From Gammaproteobacteria bacterium (GTDB lineage Bacteria > Pseudomonadota > Gammaproteobacteria > Acidiferrobacterales > SZUA-150): a stretch of DNA of 64,000 bases. The notes beneath the pieces are model-generated. The model had not been told where the DNA came from. It did not search any database and saw only the letters and a program-made list of their open reading frames with translations. The stretch's first letter is position 1. Every line of letters begins with the position of its first letter. Made by a program: the position numbers and the translations under genes. This document shows, piece by piece, positions 58,572 to 64,000 of the stretch. Location of the stretch: NCBI GenBank assembly GCA_036986275.1, contig BTRG01000003.1:3820-67819 (forward strand), given 5' to 3'.

Positions 58572-61500
58572 CTATTTGCCTTCACAGCCATATCCACCCC
58601 CGCCTGGGGTCTGGATTTCCAACCTGTCCCCGACGTCCAGGTTCACTTGCACGCATGAGTCCAGGGTTTCTGTTTTATCGCCTTTGCGTATCACACGGTT
58701 CACACCCGCCAAACCTGACTCCCCTCCCCGCAGGCCATAAGGCGCCAGACGACGGCGATTGGACAATATGCTGACTTTCATGGGCTGGCGAAAATATAGT
58801 CGTCGTACCGCGCCGTCACCACCGTGGTGCATTCCTCTACCACCACTGCCGGTGCGTCGATGAAAGGTTTCCACTATCACCGGATAACGCGATTCCAACA
58901 CCTCCGGATCCGTGAGGCGTGAATTGGTCATGTGGTTCTGCACAGTATCGGCGCCATCGTGATCAGGGCCGGCGCCCGTGCCACCACACAGAGTTTCGTA
59001 ATACTGGTACGCATCATTTCCGAAGCTAACATTGTTCATCGTGCCCTGTGACGCCGCCATCACATTCAAGGCGCCATATAGCGTGTCGACGATGCACTGT
59101 GAAGTCTCGACATTGCCGGCCACCACGGCAGCAGGATACTCCGGGTTCAACATGCAGCCCGGCGGGATAATCAGAGTAACAGGCTTGAGACAACCATGGT
59201 TCAGCGGAATGTCCTCTTGCACCAGGGTGCGCAGAACATAAAGCACCGCCGCCTTGCAGACTGAGGCAGGCGCATTCATATTGTTGGGCCGTTGTGAAGA
59301 TGTGCCTGTAAAATCTATGGTGATGCTTTCCTCGGCCCTGTCAACACGAATGACGAGCTTGATACAACTGCCATCATCCATCTCACAACAGAACTCGCCA
59401 TCCTGTAATTGCCCAATCACACGTCGTATGGCTAGCTCCGCATTGTCCTGTACATAACCCATATAGGCCCGCACAATAGCCACGCCAAATTGCGCCACTG
59501 CGCGACCGAGCTCATGCACACCGGTTTCATTGGCGGCAATCTGCGCCTTGAGGTCGGCAATATTCTGCTCGATATTGCGTACCGGCCAGGGTCCGCTCAA
59601 GAGCTGCTGTCGAATCTCGGCCTCACGAAATTCACCCTTTGATACCAACAGGAAATAATCCAGCAGCACGCCTTCCTCTTCCACCGAGGTGCTCATCGCC
59701 GGCATGGAACCGGGAGTGATGCCACCGATATCGGCATGGTGGCCACGGGCAGCGACATAGAACAAAATCTCCTGTCCTTCAACATCGAACACAGGTGTAA
59801 TCACCGTGACATCGGGAAGATGGGTGCCGCCGTTATAGGGGGCATTGTGGGCATAGACATCCCCGGACGCTAACTGCCCGCCATGAAGCTCTATCAGACG
59901 CATCACCGTTTCACCCATGGAACCAAGATGCACAGGTACGTGCGGGGCATTGGCGACCAGATGGCCATGTTGATCAAACAGGGCGCAGGAAAAGTCCAGA
60001 CGCTCCTTGATGTTCACGGACTGACTGGTCTTCTCAAGCGTAATACCCATTTGCCCGGCAATGGTCATGAACAGATTGCTGAACATCTCCAGGCGTACAG
60101 GATCCACGGCCCGCGAAAGCCATTGGGTCGTTCTGCGCGGAACAGGGCGCCGCAGTATCAGATTTCTTTGTGCATCCAGACTTGCCTGCCATCCCGCCTC
60201 AACCACCACTGTGGAGTGGTCATCCACGACCAGGGCCGGGCCCTCTATCCTTTGTGCCGATGACAGTGTCGACCATGTGTGCACCGGTGCTTCGTGTGAC
60301 TCAAGATTGTTACTCTGCCCATCGATTGAAAACAAACGGGTCGCTGCCGGCCCGCTTTCACCGCTAGTACTGGATTCCATGCTGACAACTTCCGGCTTGC
60401 ACTTTTCTATCGCTTCGACAGACAGGGCCTCGACATACAAATCTTTTGCCATATCAATAAAACCGAATTCCATCCGATGCTGCGCTTCAAAACGCCGACG
60501 CAACACTGATACGCCACCATAAGCCACAACAATGCTGTGATCTGAACCGGTATAGCGTAAATGGACCCGTGGTAGGAATTCAATGTTATCGAGCGCCACC
60601 CCCTGCCTAGTCAGGACCTGTCCTGCTTCCATTTGTAGCTTCCCTGTCAATCCGGCAAGCGTCTCCATAGTCGACGCAGTCAAGATCTCTTCAATCGCCG
60701 CCTCGTGTATGGCACGCCGTTGCGCCAGGCCCATGCCATAGGCCGACAAGACACCGGCATAGGGATGCACCATGACACGTTCTATCCCCAGGGCATCGGC
60801 CACCAGACAGGCATGCTGACCCCCGGCGGCGCCAAAACAACAAAGGATATAGTCACTAACATCGGTGCCACGTTGTATAGTGATCTCTTTAATGGCGCGC
60901 GCCATATTGTCTACGGCAATTTGCAGAAAACCCCAGGCAATCTCTTCCGCGTTTTGTTGCAGCCCTGTCGCCTTTTCCAGCTCATGCGCGATCTCGTTAA
61001 ATTGCCGGCGCACAACTTCGTCATCCAAGGATTCATTGCCCTCGGACCCGAAGACCCGGGGAAAGTGCTCAGGCACCAGTTTGCCTAACATGACATTGCA
61101 ATCCGTCACGGTAAGCGGTCCTCGCCGTCGATAGCAGGCAGGGCCCGGATCAGCGCCCGCGGAATCCGGGCCAACGCGAAACCGCTGACCATCAAAATGC
61201 AGTATGGAGCCGCCGCCCGCCGCCACGGTATGGATGTGAAGCATGGGAACACGCATGTGCACACCTGCTATTTCCGTATTAAAGACGCGCTCAAACTCAC
61301 CATTGAAGTGACTTACATCGGTAGAGGTGCCTCCCATATCGAACCCGATCAGGGACTGAAAGCCCGCCTGCCGGCACACGGCCACTGCCCCGACCATACC
61401 GCCGGCCGGTCCTGAAAGTATGCTGTCCTTACCTTGAAACAGAGTCGCATCGACCAGGCCACCATTGGATTGCATAAACTCCAGCGGTACGTTGCCGACA

Positions 61501-62207
61501 GCATGGCTGAGTTGATCAACATAGCGTCGCAATACGGGAGAGAGATAGGCATCCACCACCGTGGTCTGGCCACGACTGACCATTTTCATCAGCGGGCTCA
61601 CAACATGGGATAGTGAGATCTGCTCATAACCTATGGCCCGCGCCAGCGCGCCTAACTCATTTTCATGCTTATGATATCGAAAACCATGCATCAGGCAAAT
61701 GGCTACCGATCGATAGCCACGTTCAAAAGCTTGACGTAGCGCCTGCTCAGCGGCATCCCTTTGCATGGCCTGCAAGACCTCACCCTCGGCACTAACGCGT
61801 TCCTGAATCTCGATCACATGGGAATAGAGTGGTCCCGGTCGCTGGATATGGCGGGCAAAAATATCCGGACGATTCTGGTAGGCGATAGTCAGGGCATCGG
61901 CGAAACCTTGGGTCGTCACCCATACCGTAGGCTCCCCTTTTCGTTCCAGCAGAGCATTGGTGGCCACGGTTGTGCCCATTTTAATTTCGCCAATGTCGTC
62001 CACTGGCAGCGGGTCACCTGCATTGAGTGACAATATATCCCGTATGCCTTGCACGGCGGCATCGGCATAGCGCTCGGGATATTCCGAAAGCAACTTACGC
62101 GCCCGCAGACGACCGTCCGGTTGTTGCGCGATGATATCCGTGAAGGTCCCGCCCCGGTCTATCCAGAAGCGCCATGCCTTGCGGTGGATGTCTGCTCCGT
62201 CCGCCAT
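58572..62207 (-). CDS. Fused hydantoinase A/B-type ATP-dependent 5-oxoprolinase
   Basis: About 1211 aa. N-terminus [16 protein letters not shown] (HyuA-type) and C-terminal HyuB-type half. Start MADGADIH at 62207, 4 nt after the fetB stop. Confidence 0.85.
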   Translation of the reverse strand: MADGADIHRKAWRFWIDRGGTFTDIIAQQPDGRLRARKLLSEYPERYADAAVQGIRDILSLNAGDPLPVDDIGEIKMGTTVATNALLERKGEPTVWVTTQGFADALTIAYQNRPDIFARHIQRPGPLYSHVIEIQERVSAEGEVLQAMQRDAAEQALRQAFERGYRSVAICLMHGFRYHKHENELGALARAIGYEQISLSHVVSPLMKMVSRGQTTVVDAYLSPVLRRYVDQLSHAVGNVPLEFMQSNGGLVDATLFQGKDSILSGPAGGMVGAVAVCRQAGFQSLIGFDMGGTSTDVSHFNGEFERVFNTEIAGVHMRVPMLHIHTVAAGGGSILHFDGQRFRVGPDSAGADPGPACYRRRGPLTVTDCNVMLGKLVPEHFPRVFGSEGNESLDDEVVRRQFNEIAHELEKATGLQQNAEEIAWGFLQIAVDNMARAIKEITIQRGTDVSDYILCCFGAAGGQHACLVADALGIERVMVHPYAGVLSAYGMGLAQRRAIHEAAIEEILTASTMETLAGLTGKLQMEAGQVLTRQGVALDNIEFLPRVHLRYTGSDHSIVVAYGGVSVLRRRFEAQHRMEFGFIDMAKDLYVEALSVEAIEKCKPEVVSMESSTSGESGPAATRLFSIDGQSNNLESHEAPVHTWSTLSSAQRIEGPALVVDDHSTVVVEAGWQASLDAQRNLILRRPVPRRTTQWLSRAVDPVRLEMFSNLFMTIAGQMGITLEKTSQSVNIKERLDFSCALFDQHGHLVANAPHVPVHLGSMGETVMRLIELHGGQLASGDVYAHNAPYNGGTHLPDVTVITPVFDVEGQEILFYVAARGHHADIGGITPGSMPAMSTSVEEEGVLLDYFLLVSKGEFREAEIRQQLLSGPWPVRNIEQNIADLKAQIAANETGVHELGRAVAQFGVAIVRAYMGYVQDNAELAIRRVIGQLQDGEFCCEMDDGSCIKLVIRVDRAEESITIDFTGTSSQRPNNMNAPASVCKAAVLYVLRTLVQEDIPLNHGCLKPVTLIIPPGCMLNPEYPAAVVAGNVETSQCIVDTLYGALNVMAASQGTMNNVSFGNDAYQYYETLCGGTGAGPDHDGADTVQNHMTNSRLTDPEVLESRYPVIVETFHRRTGSGGRGMHHGGDGAVRRLYFRQPMKVSILSNRRRLAPYGLRGGESGLAGVNRVIRKGDKTETLDSCVQVNLDVGDRLEIQTPGGGGYGCEGK

Positions 62208-62211
62208 AGAC

Positions 62212-63012
62212 TCAGCGGCCTTTATACAAACGTTCCAGTCGCAACCTGTCCCGGTCATCCAGCAGGCGTTTTGTGGTCATCCACACCGCCGCCAGGGTAC
62301 CGAAACCGGTACCCGCGGTAATCATGAACATGATGAGTATCTGGTATTGCACGGCCTGCATGGGTGGCGTGCCCGACAGGATCTGACCAGTCATCATTCC
62401 GGGCAGACTCACCAGCCCGGCGGCCGCCATGGCATTAATGATGGGTATCATACCGGTGCGCATGGCCTCTTGCCTGAGCTCAGTAAGCGCCTGCACCCCA
62501 CTCTGACCCAGCATCAGGCGGGCCTCGATCACGGCACGTTGTTGCCACACGCCCTGTAACAACCTGTCCATACTCAGGGCAATGCCATTCATGGTGTTAC
62601 CCAGCATCATCCCCAGCAAGGGGATGGAATACTGTGGTTCATACCAGGGATCAACTCCTATAATAACTGTTAGTGCAAGCAAGGTAATTGCGAAGGTGGA
62701 AACAAACATGGACAAGGTGCCCACTCCAAACCCCCAGGGACCTTTGAGACGGCGATGTTGGCGCGCCATCACCTCACGGCCCGCGGCCAGCAACATAATG
62801 ATCGCTATCAGCGCCACCCAGCCTAGATGGACATTACTGAAAATGGCTTCCAGCACCAGACCAACCAGCAGTAACTGTATCGTGGTCCTGATGGCAGCCA
62901 CGACCAACTGCCCGGCCATCCCCAATCGTAACCGCAGGGACAACAAGGCCAGCAGTACCACCAGCACGGCGGCCATGGCCAGGCCTTGCGGAGTAAGATG
63001 AATCACTTCCAT
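62212..63012 (-). CDS. fetB: FetB/YbbM-family ABC exporter permease (UPF0014)
   Basis: 266 aa polytopic protein, directly after its ATPase with a 1-nt overlap. Confidence 0.8.
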   Translation of the reverse strand: MEVIHLTPQGLAMAAVLVVLLALLSLRLRLGMAGQLVVAAIRTTIQLLLVGLVLEAIFSNVHLGWVALIAIIMLLAAGREVMARQHRRLKGPWGFGVGTLSMFVSTFAITLLALTVIIGVDPWYEPQYSIPLLGMMLGNTMNGIALSMDRLLQGVWQQRAVIEARLMLGQSGVQALTELRQEAMRTGMIPIINAMAAAGLVSLPGMMTGQILSGTPPMQAVQYQILIMFMITAGTGFGTLAAVWMTTKRLLDDRDRLRLERLYKGR

Positions 63013-63617
63013 TACGATGTGTCTCCTACTTGCTCTTCCAGGACCCCGTCTGTCATGCGAAACCGTCGGTCGGCAACACGTAGTAACTGTGCCGAATCAT
63101 GACCCACCCAGACCACGCTGTGCTGGGCATCGTTTAAAAAATCATGAATCATTGCCTCGACACGCTTCGTGCTTTCCGGATCCAGGCTGGCGGTGGGTTC
63201 ATCCAGCAGTAACACCCTGGGTTGCTGTTCCAGGCAGCGCAATAAGGCCAGGCGTTGGCGCTCGCCGGTAGACAGGCGCGCTACCGACCAGGTCAGCACT
63301 TCCTGATCAAAACCCAATGCCTTAAAGGACCGCGGATCGGGTTTGCTGAAATGCTCACCGACGCTTTCATACCACCACTGACTCTCTGCCGGTAACAACA
63401 TCACCTGGCGCCGCCAGGCTGGCGCCTCGATCTCCGCACACGGATGTTCACCCAGATAGACCTCGCCTACATAAGGGTCGAGATCGGCAAGGGTGCGCAA
63501 CAGTAAACTCTTGCCGGCACCCGATGGACCGGAGATCCCTACACATTCACCTGCCTTGATGGTCAAGGTGACGGGCTCCAGACCCTCGCGTTGCAGGCCT
63601 TCTATTCGTAAATCCAC
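63012..63617 (-). CDS. fetA: FetA/YbbL-family ABC transporter ATP-binding protein
   Basis: 201 aa. Walker A GPSGAGKS, signature LSTGERQR, Walker B LLLDEP. Confidence 0.85.
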   Translation of the reverse strand: MDLRIEGLQREGLEPVTLTIKAGECVGISGPSGAGKSLLLRTLADLDPYVGEVYLGEHPCAEIEAPAWRRQVMLLPAESQWWYESVGEHFSKPDPRSFKALGFDQEVLTWSVARLSTGERQRLALLRCLEQQPRVLLLDEPTASLDPESTKRVEAMIHDFLNDAQHSVVWVGHDSAQLLRVADRRFRMTDGVLEEQVGDTS

Positions 63618-63774
63618 AACCCATCCTTCCAGTAATTTACCTTCTGCTTACAGGTAATATGCCAGCGTAACATCCCCGACCGGGCTGTGTTACAGTTATA
63701 GCTGTCAGTTGTTGCACGATCCTTTTTCTCACTATCTACCAACGAGTTAAACATCATGGGGGAGATAAAACACT

Positions 63775-64000
63775 ATGACTGACTGCCTGTTTTGTAAAAT
63801 GATCGCCGGCGATATCCCTCCGGACATCGTCTATGAAAACGATGAGGTATTGGCCTTTCGCGATATCAACCCACAGGCCCCTACGCATGTCCTGGTCGTT
63901 CCCAAGACGCACATTGCCACCATTAATGATCTTGGTGAGGAACACAAGGACCTGGTGGGTACACTTTTTCTGGCGGCCAAGACCGTGGCTGAAAAAGAAG
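63775..64000 (+). CDS. HIT-family (Hint-like) protein; N-terminal part only, runs off the right edge
   Basis: My translation reads MTDCLFCKMIAGDIPPDIVYENDEVLAFRDINPQAPTHVLVVPKTHIATINDL... GGGGGAGA RBS. Not in the track because it has no stop. Confidence 0.85.
   Translation, partial: MTDCLFCKMIAGDIPPDIVYENDEVLAFRDINPQAPTHVLVVPKTHIATINDLGEEHKDLVGTLFLAAKTVAEKE

Overview
Densely coding 64 kb chromosomal segment. By gene content it comes from a proteobacterial, probably gammaproteobacterial, chemolithoautotrophic sulfur oxidiser. That assignment is an inference from content; no similarity search was run. All calls rest on my own translation and motif reading plus the supplied ORF track. Housekeeping blocks: purL(partial)-MBL hydrolase-bamC-dapA; bcp and PIN-PhoH; bepA; recQ; cpoB-pal-tolBARQ-ybgC-ruvBAC-yebC with queEC; nadA; aspS-DUF502-fmdB; HU; fetAB; hinT(partial). 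Sulfur and carbon energy genes: tusA-dsrE2, soxXYZA plus soxB (no soxCD in the window), a YeeE/YedE sulfur-compound permease, phosphoribulokinase, and a GalT/HIT-family nucleotidyltransferase that could be an APS:phosphate adenylyltransferase. Accessory or poorly understood content: the AMMECR1/MEMO/radical-SAM triad with a coupled alpha/beta hydrolase; NfeD-SPFH; a FadL-family outer-membrane channel with an unknown exported partner next to tusA-dsrE2; a His-rich small exported protein beside soxB; an HD-GYP protein; a class II Fic protein; an AT-rich recQ/fic divergent region full of GCCGA repeats; GTAG-type REP-like hairpins behind recQ; an orphan two-gene module (471-aa unknown plus a stand-alone RQC-like winged-helix protein) wedged between recQ and tRNA-Lys; and an Aas-like acyltransferase with a degenerate adenylation domain, translationally coupled to an amidohydrolase. 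There is one tRNA (Lys-UUU). I saw no rRNA, CRISPR array, intact transposase or intact integrase. My best candidates for something undescribed are the RQC-like module (35378-37463), the FadL/exported-partner pair (16744-19287), the Aas-like/amidohydrolase pair (54075-57085) and the extended AmmeMemoRadiSam cluster (8783-12111). Gene starts were refined by eye from RBS context and are approximate where stated.
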